A stretch of DNA of 64,000 nt. It comes from Octopus sinensis. Its lineage: Eukaryota. Shown piece by piece: positions 50,050 through 64,000 of the stretch. Position numbers and translations under genes: made by a program. Position 1 is the first letter of the stretch, and each line of letters begins with the position of its first letter. The DNA lies in assembly GCF_006345805.1 (NCBI RefSeq), contig NC_043008.1:74896001-74960000 (forward strand), given 5' to 3'. The notes beneath the pieces are model-generated. The model made no database searches and was not told the DNA's origin. It saw nothing but the letters and a program-made list of their open reading frames with translations.

Positions 50050-50461
50050 AAAATAAAAAGAAACATAATGTATTTCACAATCCAGTCACAGTGGTAGAGG
50101 GGAGACTAAAATGAGAAATGGAATGATAGTGAGTGAATAACAGTCAGAGATGCTAAATGAAGGTGAACTGTAGTGAGATGTTTTGCCCTGAAATAGCTGA
50201 TGTTTTAATCAAAACTGAAACTAATAATTAATATCACAAATTTTATCTAATTTATCTCTTTCGTATGTAAGTGTATATATAAATATTTATTTTGTGTGTA
50301 TAGTTAGATGTTTGACTGCATGAGTTACAGCTCCACAAAAGTTATCATAATCCAGTCAGTTTCCAATATAGTGGTTAGCCTACCACTTTACTAAGCATCA
50401 TTACTATTTATATACAGAGCATATGCAGTGGAAAATTATGATGAACAATTATAAATTAATA

Positions 50462-51754
50462 TGAGGGGCGTTCAATAAGTAATGCCCCTGACCCACTTCC
50501 CATAGCAGTAGAGCAACGAAACTTGGCACAATTATTAGTCTTTTTCTACATAGAAACCATCCAGAGTTACGCATTTCTCCCATCGTTTGATACAACTCTG
50601 GAGACCGTTTTTGTAGAAGACCCCAGCATGGTCCTCCAACCACGACGTGACTTCAGAAATCAAGGTTGCATCATCTGGGAAACGCTTTCCTTTCAAAAGC
50701 AACTTCATGGCTAGGAAGAGGTGAAAATCAGAGGGTGCAAGTTCAGGAGAGTAGGGGGATGGGGTAGGAGTTCATAGCCGCACGCCTGTGCTTCTAATCT
50801 GGCGACAAGCGAGTTGTAGACCGAAGCGTTGTCCTGCAGGAGGAGGATGCCTTTGCTGATCTTGCCCCGCCTCTTGATTTTGATAGCTTCTCTTAATTTC
50901 CTCAAAAGTGAAGCATAATAGACTCCTGTACTTGTGGTACTCTTTGCCAGGAAATCTGTCATCACTACTCCGTCCTGGTCCCAGAAGACTGTGAGCATGA
51001 CCTTGCCAGCGGAGGGCTGCACCCTTGCCTTCTTTGGAGGAGGTGAGTCACAGTGCTTCCACTGCATTGACTGGGCTTTGGTCTCTGGATCATAGTGATG
51101 GACCCAGGTTTCATCCTGTGTAATCAGTCTTTTGAAAAATTTTGACTCATCTTCTTGGCACATCTCCAAATTCATCCTCGAGCACTCGACGCGTTCTTGC
51201 TTCTGGAAAGGTGTGAGCAACCTGGGAATCCATCTGGCAGACACCTTTTGCATATGCAAATGGTCATGAATGATAGTTTCCACAGACCCGGTACTAAACT
51301 TGACCTCATGGGCTATTTGGCGAATAGTTATGCGTCGATCTTCCAAAATGGCAGCCTCAACTTGATGGACAGATGCCTCATCAATGGCAGAAGTGGGGGC
51401 GACCAGATCTGGGAGCTGTTTCCACAGAGTTCCAACCATGTTTCAATTCACGATGCCAGCGTGTTACAAGGTCATATGATGGGGCATCATCACCATAAGT
51501 TACTTTCATTTCATCAAAAGTCTCCCGTGGTATGCGTCCTTTCAAATACAAAAACCGGATCACTGCTCGACACTCAACAGGCTCCATTTCACACTTGACT
51601 CAGTTCAAACACCTGTATATCAGAAACCACAATTAGTTCAGAGCTGTAATTTGCCACTTAATCTATAGAGATATAAATAATTGCACATGTAAATTTTCAG
51701 CTAGATCAAACAACTGCAAGTGGGTTAGAGGCATTACTTATTGAACGCCCCTCG
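50462..51754 (-). mobile_element. Full-length mariner (DD34D) transposon, 1293 bp, TA TSD
   Basis: TA-TGAGGGGCGTTCAATAAGTAATGCC...GGCATTACTTATTGAACGCCCCTCG-TA terminal inverted repeats. Confidence 0.95.
50535..51587 (-). pseudogene. Mariner transposase with two frameshifts
   Basis: MEPVECRAVIRFL...PRSGRP / WIPRLL, ITQDETWVHHYDPE, QDNA...PHPP / YSPELAPSDFHLF...RWEKC...YVEKD*. 34 residues between the 2nd and 3rd Asp. Confidence 0.93.
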
Positions 51755-51954
51755 TAGTTCCTACATAAGCAGGAATAATTGATTTATAATTTTATTTATA
51801 TTAGTTTTCCACTATATATGAAATCAAATATTAAACTCTTTTCTTTCCAAAATATTACTCTCTCTGTCTCTCATACATATATATATGTGTATGTATGTGT
51901 GTGTGTGTGTGTGTGTACATACATACTTACATATATAATTGACTACATATATTT

Positions 51955-52130
51955 AATGTATACACTTTGTGTATTTTCCAGTGGCTGCCCTAGCATGGCA
52001 GAGTACATATACTCTCAAATTGCTGGATGTAAGACACCTCTCAATGTATGTACTTTGTGTATTTTCCAGTGGCTTCAATAGCACGATGGAGTGCATTTAC
52101 TCTCAAATTGCTGGATGTAAGACATCTCAG
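51955..52130. repeat. Two tandem ~84-bp units
   Basis: ACTTTGTGTATTTTCCAGTGGCT...TACTCTCAAATTGCTGGATGTAAGACA occurs twice. Confidence 0.8.
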
Positions 52131-52221
52131 AGTCATGGAGAGATTGATTCTAGTTCATACGTAAACATATATATATATATATTTATCCGAAGACCATGTT
52201 GTAACTTTATTCAACTGATAT

Positions 52222-52253
<32 letters not shown>

Positions 52254-52257
<4 letters not shown>

Positions 52258-52430
52258 GTGAGCTGGCAGAATTGTTAGCACACTGGGAGAAATGCTTAGC
52301 AGTATTTCATCCATCTTTATGTCCTGAGTTCAAATTCCAGCAAGGTCAACTTTGTCTTTCAGCCTTTTTGGGTCAGTAAACTTAGAATCAGTTGATCACT
52401 GGGGTTGATTTAATCATCTTTATTACCCCG
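52254..52430 (+). mobile_element. SINE family C
   Basis: GGCAGTGAGCTGGCAGAATTGTTAGCA...GAGTTCAAATTCC...CTTTGTCTTTCAGCC. Confidence 0.82.
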
Positions 52431-54078
52431 GGGTAAGAGTAGAAAACTGCACCTCTTTTCCAAGCCATATAGAGCCAGTGTGGCAGTATAGGCTCATCAA
52501 ACCAGTTTGATCTCAAATTCACAGCCTCTGCATCTAACCTTGGTTGGTGGAGAGGACATGCTGAGGCCTTCACTCCTGCAGTGGACTGAACATAGGCAAT
52601 CCAATCAATCACTCTATCTTTCCATATCTTATGTATGTATGTACGTATGCATGTACGTACGTATGCACACACGTACGTATGTACGGATGTGTTTGTCTGT
52701 CTGTCTATTTATTTCTTACAAAAGAAAAATCTAACAGTTCTTGCTGAAGCCGTTTCTGACTGTAAATTATGATGTTAACACCATTTAGTCAGTAGTTTTT
52801 GATCTTAGCTTCATGTCATGATCAGTTGGTCAGTATCCAACATCTTGGTCTCAGTTTAATGTTATGACAATTTGAACTGGAGTTCAACATCTTTCATCAC
52901 AGTTATTTTTCTTTTTTCAGTTTGATGAAAAAAATGTCATCTCCCACTTAGAATAAATGGCAGAACAACTATGGACTAATTTCTTTCTTTAAGTCATTTC
53001 AAAAATGAATCCACCATCTACTTTAATGTCCATTTACCTCCTTTTCCACTTTTCTTTATTCTGATCCACCTCAACTTCATTTGCAGCCTCCCATCTCATT
53101 TCCTTTTTCTTCAATAAAGGGCCATATCCAGCACATCATAATTCACCTTCACATCACACAGACTTACCCTGTTTGACCTAAGTTCATCCACTGTTTTTAT
53201 CAGTGCACACCATCACTACTGTCCTTTGATTCTAGACTTTTTCATTTGCTCTTAAACTTATGAAGTGTGAACTGATTATCTCATATAAAAAATTTACTTT
53301 CCTTACCTCTTACTTTTGATAACCTCTTCATTAATTTATACTCTTCATCTGAAATTACCATATCTTCATGTGACATGTCTATACTAAATAGTGTCTGCTA
53401 TATATTGGAAGTTTAAAATTCATCACTGTCTCTGGGTGTTAGATTTTATTTCTGTTTTATTTAGTTTCACAACTTCTGTTTTAATTATTTGTCTTTTATT
53501 ATTCCCGGCTCTGTAGAGAATGATAAAAAAATTGGAAAAGCAAGTTAGAAATAATGGTTAAGTTGATTCCATTTCAATTCCCAAATGACACTTTAACTTT
53601 CTACTTTCAATCTAAAGTCAATATCTACAATTCAACGAAGAAGAATATTGGCAATATTTATTCTTTGTTGCATTCTAAGACTCACATTCCTCATGTTTGC
53701 CCAGTATTTAGAAAGATCAACCTACAATGGAATGATTCAAATACATAGTCAGTGCTCTAGCTTGGGCTAAACCTATTTGATTTAAAGCAGTTGAAGGACT
53801 GAGAGAATTAAAACACTGCTGCTGTTTTACTTCATGTAATATAATGTTGTTGATGATTTATAAATGTAAACATTCAGCCTCCAGTGGACAGGGGATTTCA
53901 TTATTGTAACAAAGATGACTTCTCTTGTTGGCATGGCAACACTTAACACAGATTATCTACTCTTATTGGCTTTTGTTACCTGAGATTTTGTTTCCTCTTT
54001 TTTTTAATCATTCATTTTTAATGTCAAGTTGTATAAAAAAGTGTATTTGTATATTCCTCTGTGCATGTGTGAGTGTGT

Positions 54079-54148
<70 letters not shown>

Positions 54149-55899
54149 TAAACAGGTAAGTACATGTTTCTGCCTCAATACCTACTGGTTGAACACTTGC
54201 TGAAAGTTTAATTTTGAAGTGTAACTTGATGGAAATCATAAAATATTCAGTTGTTGTGTTTTCCCTTTTCTATCCCTTAATCCTTAAACATTTCCCATGG
54301 GAAAATGCATCTACACAAGACTTGAAACTGAGGAATTGCATGTGTATGTGTTTTATATACTTTATTTATGCAGCAAGATATATTACCACCCTACTTAACA
54401 TCAGTTAAAATGAATTTAATGATTCCACTAAAATCTGCAGAAATTCACTTTGTTTTGTCTTTCTGGAGTCATTGATATAAATTACCAGTAAAATACTGGG
54501 GTTGACACAGAACATTTTCATTGCAAAATATGTGAATATCTGATAGCCTCTCTATTTTAGAAATCAATATTTTATTTTTTTTTACTGTTGAATCTTACTT
54601 TCACTTTTTATTGCTTTAAAAACCTGTGTATGTGTGTGTGTGTGTGCGTGCACATGGGGTGGTGGATGTATATGCCACAGTGTAGTAGTTATTTATCTCG
54701 ATGGTGTGCCACAATTGTTTAATGCTTTCATAATTCCATTACTTTCCACCCAATGAATATATTTTTCTCTTTGTTTACTTAACAATTTTATTATTTGTCA
54801 ATAAATCTGTAAGTTTCCAGTGAGTCTATTGAAGGGTTCCAATATGAAGAACACATGTTCAGATTCATTTCCCATTTTGCTGCAGCAAAGTACATTAGCC
54901 AGTATTCTTTCTATATTTTGCCACATAAAATTCCATGTAAATATTAATGTATACTATAATGGGTTTTGCAATCATATCTAATAATATCAAAATATGTTGT
55001 GAGTTGTCTCTTTTCTGCTAAAAATTAAATATATCTTCCCCACATAAAATATATTTCCCTGTCTTAATTAATCAACATTCCAATTATTTTGATTACTTGA
55101 GATCTGGAATTGTCTCTCTTGCCTATCTTGAAGAGATTTAAGCATTTATCCAATATTTCTCTTATCAGAATTCAGGTAGATCTCTGGATTGATTAATAAT
55201 TCAGATTGATGTCTGGATGCTTTAATAATTCAGTATATGTTTTGATTAAATAATAATTCCTGTTACAATAATAATAGTAATAAGTAATTAGTAATTCAAG
55301 TTGATGTCTGGGTTAATTAAAGATTTCTTGGTTGTAACTTTAAATGTGTTACAGGTTTGCTTCTAATTATATGAACTAAAACTATAGCATTTTAAAAATA
55401 TTTAAAATTCATTGTAGTCATTAAATATAATTATATATCAATTAACATTTTACTTTATAAATATAATTATCTTTTTCATATATCAATTAACATGTCAGTC
55501 ATTAAATGTAATTATTTTATATATCAATTCACATTTTAGTAATTCAATATAGTTATCTACATCACCTCACTTTACGTTCTTAGATTTTCACACATTTGTG
55601 AATTGCTGCTGTTTTCTATTTAGTATTTTGTCTTTTTTCATTTTCCCATGTTTTCCTACCAGCACAGACTTACTCCAGTTTAATTTATTACAGTGTTTTT
55701 CTCCAATTTCTATTGTTCCTTTCACACCATTGTTATCATGTTTTTCTTGCTTCTTGCCCACAAAATTCTTTACTTGAAGTTCTCAGGCCATTCAATACCA
55801 GTGAGATTGACATTTGTGATTTCTTGTACTCTGTGGAAAGGGGTTGTACTCTTACTATTTGAAATTCTCTGACAGACGTAGTTAATGTTCCTCTGCCTG

Positions 55900-56250
55900 C
55901 TAGTTGATGAAAGAGGATTCCAGAAGGATAACCATGTGGGAAGGAAGGAAGGAAGGAGTGGGTCATAGTGTGAGTGTGGCACCCGAAGAAGAGAAGATAT
56001 AAATGTCTGAGTGGTGTGGCATGAGACCAGTTATCTAAAAAGAGCAGAGACAATTCTAGTAGTTGAGAAAAGGAGAAAGAGGAGACATGGTATGCTTAGT
56101 GCCTTAGTTTAGAGTTTATTGGTGAGTGAATTTATATCACTCAAACACATAGCTTTCCATTGGTCTTCAGTGTCTACGTGTGTCACAGTAGCATTGGCAT
56201 CAATGTGAGAGCAATGCTGTATTGAGGGTCTAGGATGTGTGAGTGGGGGT
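55900..56250 (-). pseudogene. Very decayed CR1/L2/Jockey-group LINE 3' remnant
   Basis: Minus-strand pieces resembling RP.I.HCSHI, VSSFS.F..Y and SF....WN.L of LINE ORF2 C-termini. Many disablements. Confidence 0.4.
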
Positions 56251-57079
56251 GTAAGATTAGCACCATATCAGATGTAGGTGCACTAGTCTATTGAATGCAT
56301 CCATCTGTAAAAATACAATTTATAGAAACTTAGACAGACACTGTAAAGTTATACAGTGAAGCTGGTGGCAGTGGAGATACAGGTGAAGGCAGTAATAAAA
56401 AATGATATAGATAGACATTGTGATGGATATATAGATAGATAGACAGAAGTAAATTACTAAAGCCAGAGAAAGAGGAGGAGACTAGAGTATTTTATAAGTA
56501 CAGGAGTAATATCAGTCATTTATGAGTCTCTGTGTAATACAGAGTACTTGTATTATGTCTTCAATAATTACATATCATATATACTCAATAAACGCACAAA
56601 TATTTTGGAATAATTTGTCACATTTATGAAACAGACCATTATTATAGAATTGTTATATTAATAATGGTTTTTTCACATCACTAAAAAATCACTAACTTTT
56701 AGAAGAGGGGTGTTGTCGATTGAATTGATTCAAGCATATTACCGAGAGTTATTGTAAGCCCATTTGGAAAGATGAAAGACCTATTTCACTTTGTCAGGAT
56801 CTGGTTTCATATGTAAAAAGACATAGATAAATTCCCAAAGGTTACAACATTTCTACTAATCTGATTATCCAATATCACTAACAGTGTTACAGTTGTTGGC
56901 TGAAACCAAATTTACTGTATTCTGAGTCCTTTATTTGCTCATTCAGCCTGTAGAAATAGCAGCCATATTTTCATTGAATTGCACCCTACCATCTTAAAAA
57001 ATATGGAAAGACACAGTGGACAATGTAGTCCTGGATATCTATGAAAACAGGATGGTCATGTATGAAGTGCATTTGATCA

Positions 57080-57260
57080 TAAGTCAGCTTGATAAGAGCA
57101 CGGCTGCTTAATCAGGGATCACACAGGGGAGGTCTGCTTGATAAGAGGTCACTCGAGGCTGATCTGTTTGATAAGGATCACCAGGAACAGGTCTGCGCAA
57201 TCAGAGATCACCTGGGACAGGTGATCTTGATCAGGGCTCATCTGATGAGGGGTCATCTGT
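57080..57260. repeat. Degenerate ~27-bp tandem repeat (GGTCTG.TTGAT.AGGGATCAC)
   Basis: About 6 units following an interspersed-repeat fragment similar to 25300-25410 and 38200-38305. Confidence 0.55.
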
Positions 57261-59559
57261 ATGTTTGGTCAGAGATTCCTTGGTTCAAGGAATAAAGAAA
57301 AAAAGGGACACAACAGTAATTTTGATGTTATTTTTCCTTTATGCAGAGAACCAAATAATTACAGGATTAAATGACATTCTTGCCTACTCAGTAGTATAAA
57401 GCTGAAATCAAAACTGGCTCAGCTTTACTCAAAAAGGTTTCACTCATTCTCTCTTTCTCCCCTATCATTTGATATGTATTTCTCATAAAATAATGATTTA
57501 TAATTAGATAAAATGCTCATTTCACCCACACCAGATTACTTTTGAATCAGTTTACTACTGCTGATTGTAATGCAGCTGCTGCTGATGATGATAGCAGTAA
57601 CAGAGGTAATGGTGGTAGTATCAGGGGTAGCAGTTGTCAAATTTTTAATACCCTCCATATTGGTTCAAGAATACTAAACTCTGAAGATTGATTCTCTTGT
57701 CATAGTAAATATCAATAAATTGATGGATTATTAGAGTGAAATTAAACACCAGAAATTCAGAAATAATGAAATTTTTTTGTGAAAGAAACAAAAACATGAT
57801 GAATTTATTGGGGAAACAACCTTCCAAAATTTCTAGCGAAGACATCGTCAGCATTGTCATTTCTCTTGAGACTCATAGTCTTGGTGTGGGCATCTTCAAT
57901 AAATGGATGACCTTTGACATCTTTCTGAAGAAATCTATGGAACGTTAAAAAAATAAATGTGAGAAAATTCCTTGTTCTGGATGAAAAAAGATTTATGTTA
58001 ACTCTCCCTACATTTATAAAGATTACTCCCCCAACACAAAACTACACATCATAGACAACACAAACTATGCAAACTACATAATGCAAACAACACTGCACAG
58101 ACCATACAACAGAGCAACACAATACAAATAGCATAACCTGCCTACATTACACAAACAACAAAACAGGTTGTGCAATGCAAATTATACAAACTAAACAACA
58201 TAGACACATAATTGACTATACAACAACACAACTACAACTATACCGACCGACTATATAACAATACAACCACACCACAACTGCCACCACTAGCATTGTCATC
58301 ATCATCATCATTGTTGTCACCATCATTATTGCAATCATCATCATCTGTTAAACTGCCACCTGTTATAAAGCCAAATGTTTATTACATTCCATACTCTATT
58401 GACAATGTTAGGAGCAAAGTAAGATATAATCATAAAAGATGGTTTATATTAGCTAGATTGGTGTCCTTATCTAGATTGTTACACCTCATTATATTTGGAC
58501 TGTTGCACACTCCAGCCATCTTTGAGTGTCTTGTATTGAACTCAGATGTTGTATTGAAATTTCAAACCTAACACTTTATTTGATCCTCAAGGGTATTCTG
58601 TTCTTGTTTCACTCTCTGCTTTTCCTGACATTTTTTTTTACTTTAATTGAAGATCATAATGTCTTACAATTCTGAACTCAGAATTAGGTGTCTTGCATTC
58701 ATTCCTTGTCACCAGAAGTGGGTTATTTCATGTGGAGTAAAATGATTCATGTTCTTGTTTAACTCTGACTGAAGAGACTGACTATCTAAAGCATTCCATC
58801 CATGACCATTTTGGGTTACTTTAATATTTTGGTAGAGCTGTATGGTTTAATGTGGTAATCCTTACTGAAGACAATAGGGTGTGATCTGAGGTACAGTTTA
58901 GTTGCTACCTCTATGTTATATTAAACTGAGGTGAGTGACCCCTGATGTGATTATAGAATAAAAGGAAATGTTCACCTGAAACTGAATACCTTAAAAAAAG
59001 GGTACCTAAAAGTAAACAAGTGTCTGTTTAATTTTAGGTTTAACAGTTTTCTGACTTTAAGCACTAACCCCTTTTCTCTTCACTAATTAGTCATCAACAG
59101 TGAGATTTACCTTAATGTGTTTAAATGCAGTTTCCCTTTTAATTTTAAAGCTATAATTGTGACGTTAATTATGGGATTATCTAGGTCTTCAAACAATATT
59201 GATAATCTCTCCTTAAAAAAAAATTACTGCTTATAAAAATATTAAATTCATATGAAGCATTAGTTAAATGTATTTTTAACACAAAAGAAGAACTGTTTCA
59301 TTCGAAGTAATATTATTTTATATATATGTATATTTGTATTGGCAAAATATGATGATATCATTCCATATTGCTGCTGGCCCTGTTTAGCGTTCTGCTTATT
59401 ATGACCTACTTAACAAGACAGTGAGGTGGCTTTGACTATTTCACTTAATCATCGTTGTTTAGGTAAGTCTGTTCTTTCTAAACTTCTACCTGAAATGATC
59501 TCATACTTTGTCATTAGTTTTCTTCTTTAAAATATTTCTTTGTGGAATGTGAGGACAGT

Positions 59560-59752
59560 GACCTGGCAGAACCACTAGTGCAGCAGGCAAGGTGCTTAGT
59601 GACATATCATCTTTCTTTATGTTCTGAGTTCGAATTCCACTGAGATCCTTTCCAGGTCGGTAAAATAAGTACCAGTTGATCACTTGGGTCAATGCAGTCG
59701 ACTTAACCCCACCCCTGAAATTGCTGGCCTTGTGCCAAAATTTGAAATCAGT
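59560..59752 (+). mobile_element. SINE family C with internal deletion
   Basis: GTGACCTGGCAGAA...GAGTTCGAATTCC...GTAAAATAAGTACCAG...CCTTGTGCCAAAATTTGAAA. Confidence 0.78.
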
Positions 59753-61150
59753 ATTTCTTGGTGGGATGACTTTGTGACTGTGGAGCACTACCTTCATACT
59801 TTAAATTTAACTATGTGCTCTTACCACTAGAGAGATCTAGTTCTCATGATAATGTTTTGAGGTTTAGATAGAAACAAAGTGGGTGGGATAATCCACCAAT
59901 TTCTCTGATTTCCAAACAATGTGGTTCCTACTTTCAAAGCTACCTATTTCCAACAATCATATGAACTGAGACAATGAAGAATATGTCCTGTCCAGATACA
60001 ATAAACTACCTACAATGACACTGAACTGCTGAACTATGAGTTGTTAATGTAATATTTTATCTACTCATCTTGTGGTTACCTTAACCCAGTAGATACTACA
60101 TTATAGTTAACCCGTTAGTAACCTTATGTTAACACAATGTCTATAGCAAACCTTTTAACTGAGAGTAATTATCTTGAAGTTAACCCATTAGTTACATTAT
60201 AGTTAGCCTATAAGTTATCTTATTAACCCAGTATTTGCCATACAAGTTACCATGTAGTTGACTTAAAGTTACCTTAGTTAATCAATTAATTACTTTATAG
60301 GAAACCATTTAGTTGCTTACTTTGCAGTTAACATAGTGGTTACCCTGTTAGTAGTTATTCTAGTGTTTATCAGATCATTTACCTCCTGATAGCAATTCCA
60401 TAGTAATCCTCTGTCTAATTATTACATCTCCCTCTGTCCCCATTGGCAAATAAGAATTATCCTTGATTTAAGCAAGATTCTCTAATTTTGTAATCATACC
60501 ATTTCTCTGTTGCTGGCAGATATAAGGTTTTGAAACCACATGCATGCATGCACTCACACATGAACACACATACACACACATGTTCAGCTACCCCCATTCC
60601 CCATTCACTTTAAGACTCACATGCATTCTGTGTAGATAACCAGTGGTTATAGTAATGGTGGCTGTGATGTTGTTCCCTCCACTACCATCCCTGCCTTAAT
60701 GTGGTATACTAATCCTTCAGGGTGCATGTTATTTTATCAAATATAATGCTTATTTATTCTCATTATTTTGAATTAATAATGCATTATCTTGTAGCTTTGA
60801 CATTTTGATGTAATTGCTTATTATTAGAATTACATTTTCAGGCAGGTGTGACATGCCAGATCTGTCCAGTTTGAACATAAAAGAAGTAGAATATTTTAGC
60901 CAGATACGGTCAATTTAAATGCTGAAAGATTAAAGAGAAATGTTATAAAAAATCTAGATTTGAAAATTTATTTACTATCATTTTTCAAAATCATTGCCTG
61001 TGTTTTGTGTGAGGATTATGGGGGAAATGTTTGTATTTGCAGGTTGTGTAGTGTTGATTATTTGGGTCCATTGTGCTGTTATGTTCTGTTGTGTGTGTTT
61101 ACTATGTAGTGTGTGCATGTTGTGTTGCATGTGTCTGTGTGTTTACTGTG

Positions 61151-61363
61151 TACTCTTTTACTTGTTTCAGTCATTTGACTGCAGCCATGCTGGAGCACCG
61201 GTTTTAGTTGAGCAAATCAACCCCAGGACTTATTCTTTGTAAGCCTAGTACTTATTCTATCGGTATCTTTTGCCAAACTGCTAAGTTACAAGGATGTAAA
61301 CACACCAGCATCAGTTGTCAAGCGATGTTGGGGGAACAGACACAGACACACAAACACACACAC

Positions 61364-61394
<31 letters not shown>

Positions 61395-61557
61395 CGATGG
61401 GCTTCTTTCAGTTTCTGTCTACCAAACCCACTCACAAGGCTTTGTTCGGCCTAAGGCTATAGTAGAAGACACTTGACCAAGGTGCCACGCAGTGGGACTG
61501 AACCCAGAACCATGTGGTTAGTAAGCAAGCTACTTACCACACAGCCACTCTTGTGCC
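61151..61557 (-). mobile_element. SINE family A, full length
   Basis: Reverse complement of the consensus. Confidence 0.92.
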
Positions 61558-61756
61558 TATGTGTAGTGTGTGTGCATGTTGTGTTGCATGTGTGTGTGTG
61601 TAATGTTGTGTCTATGGTATTGTGTTGTGTATGCTCTATTCTGTGTGTGTGTTGTTTTGCCAACTTTGATCTAACAGACCTATGATTCAAGATATTCCAT
61701 CGCTGACCATCCCATCTATTCATTTTTTTTTGTTTTTCCCCCATAGGTAGAGTTGT

Positions 61757-62070
61757 ATCTACTGTAGCCTCAGGCTGACCAAAGCCTTGTGAATGGATTT
61801 GGTTGACAGAAACTAAAATAAACTTATCGTATATACATGTGTGTGTGATTTTGTGTTTGAGTTCATCCCCCACTACCAGTTGACAACTGGTGTTGGTGTG
61901 TTTATGTCCCCATAATTTAGCAGTTCAGCAAAATAATAGAATAAGTACCAGACTTAAAAAATAAAAATAAAATGGTAAGTATTGAAGTTGATTAATTTGA
62001 CTAAAAGTCTTCAAGGTGGTGCCCCAGCATGGCCTCAGTCTAATGAGTGAAATGAAAAAAAAAAGATAAA
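61757..62070 (+). mobile_element. SINE family A, 5'-truncated
   Basis: TCTACTGTAGCCTCAGG...AAAGCCTTGTGAATGG...GTGCCCCAGCATGGCC. Confidence 0.8.
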
Positions 62071-62756
62071 GAAAACATTGACAAAAGTATATTGTAACTT
62101 AAGTGTGCTTTAGCTGCTCTTTCTAGCAGGTCAAGCAACAACACAGAGACTACCTGTTGTGTGTGTGTTGTGGAGAGTATGTTATTGTTGTTACTATTTG
62201 AATAGTGATTCATGTAACTGTTATTGTTGTTCCTGTTGTAATTGTTATAATTGTTGTTGGCTGTTAGTCAGATAGTTGAAATACTTTGTAAGTATTAAGT
62301 TGGAAGAAATAGATCTTAAAAGGTGTTTGCGATGATGATGATGATGAATCATTTGTAACACTTGAGTAAGTCTTAATTAACTGTGCTAATTATATTCTCT
62401 GTGGCAGCAGTAGTGCTGCTGTTGGTGATGTGGATACAGGTTTTAGTGAGGGTTTGGTGGCGGTGTAGGTTAAGGTTATTGTTGACATTATAAATGGAAT
62501 GCGTAAATTCTATGTCACTGTCAGTTCTCACTTTATTCAATACAATTACCAGAGATGTATCTGTGTATATATATTATCACGTTCTTTCCTGTATTACATG
62601 TGGTTGCTTTATTCTACTCAGCCAACACATAATATACACATACATACTTACACACACACACACATATATTGTTACCATCATATCGTGTCTGTTGTAAGGA
62701 AATATGTCTTCTTCCATACAACATAGTCCTGCTTTCTGCTGTTTGTCTATGCTTGG

Positions 62757-62792
<36 letters not shown>

Positions 62793-64000
62793 GCCTGTCT
62801 ATCTGTATGTCTGTCTATATGTATTATATATGAGAGTATGCATGTGTGTCCATGGTCAAATGTATGTTTAAGTGTTTGTGAACCAAGGTTCATATCTTGT
62901 TTGGGATTTCCCACTTAATTATACACATATACAACTTTAAATATATTGATATGACTAGATGTCAGTATGAGTGTATGCATGTATGTCTTTGGTATGATTT
63001 TAAACTGCATCCAGTAATGGGGTACTGGTTCATGAGCCTCGGGGTTTGAGGGCTGTGGGAATCACCTCTTAGCCAATATTACAGATCATTTCTGACCCAG
63101 ATTAGTCGCACCTGTCAGGGTCCCAGCTTTAGGTTAAGTAGCATGTGTTGTGACAATCTATCTGAGCATGGGTATGCAGAAATACCTCTGGTTGGTATCA
63201 GGGTGTGCAGTAAAAATATCAGGAGTGAGATTCCCCTTGCTGTTCTCACAGCATCCTTCACGAGAGGGTTACTATGATGTAAAACCTTCAGTTTCATGTG
63301 ATTACTGGTCATCTCATTTTGACCTGTCTCCAAGTACTAATTACAGAGGGCTCAGAAAGTGGTATTTGTGTTGTGCAAGCATTTATCACTGTAATCTAAT
63401 GATGTACAGGTGTCTCTTTATGGTGACCTCCTTTGTCAGTTATTCAAAACCCTTTGGCAATGGGAGACTGGCAATGTGTGCAGATGTAACCAACTGGAAG
63501 TGCTCAGTAAATTTCAACTTTTGTCTGTTGCCTCTGCTTCAAGACATGCAGATCTGCAGTGAGACTGAATTGTCATCTGATGAGATATGGATGGAAAACC
63601 AGAAACACTGTTGACAATGAGAAAGCACATGAAGATTGTAATTATCTGTGTAAATGCAGCAATCACCACCCGTGGATTTGTGTATGGCTGTATGTGTATG
63701 CAGGCATAGTTGTGGTTAGGAAGTATGCTTTCCAGTTCAGTGCACTGCATGGTAGCTTAGGCAAGTCCCAAGCTGAATTATATATTTCTGAATCAACCAA
63801 AGACTTGTGAGTGCATTTGGTACTTGGAAAGTGAAAGAAGCTGTCGTGTGTGTGTGTGTGTATACATATTTATTATTAGTGAAGTCCTGTTTATAGGGTT
63901 ACCCTGGGTTTCTCGCCATAAAGTGTATCTTTATGGCATATCATCAGACCCTAAGACTTGTTGGCTTATGGCCTCTTTAAAGTATGGAGGGGGAAACGAA

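Noticed and set aside
63150-63614. 154-aa ORF
   Set aside because: No recognisable domain and a non-ATG start. Likely chance or a decayed element.

Overview
AT-rich eukaryotic, repeat-dominated, probably intronic or intergenic DNA. The SINE and LINE families look like those I recall from octopus (coleoid cephalopod) genomes; this assignment is recognition, not a database result. No intact host protein-coding gene is visible, and most ORF-track entries are (TA)n/(TG)n microsatellite artefacts. The window holds RTE-clade LINE copies (two long 5'-truncated copies with a PHD-like finger inside the RT), three tRNA-type SINE families, a near-intact DD34D mariner and a decayed DD37D (maT) element. 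It also holds Penelope-like (PLE) GIY-YIG, Dong/R4, Helitron and CR1/L2-like remnants, several fold-back inverted repeats, and a 2.6-kb (TA)n tract. The main signal is about eleven hammerhead-ribozyme (HHR)-like motifs at repeat ends next to (TA)n. Two of them (46.1 kb + strand, 8.2 kb - strand) have different stem sequences but the same non-canonical strand order (III-UH-I, then II-GAAA-III, then I-CUGANGA-II). That order is not any of the type I/II/III circular permutations, so it is a candidate new pseudoknotted hammerhead topology. A tRNA-headed, HHR-tailed fold-back SINE with a 14-bp target duplication is also present.
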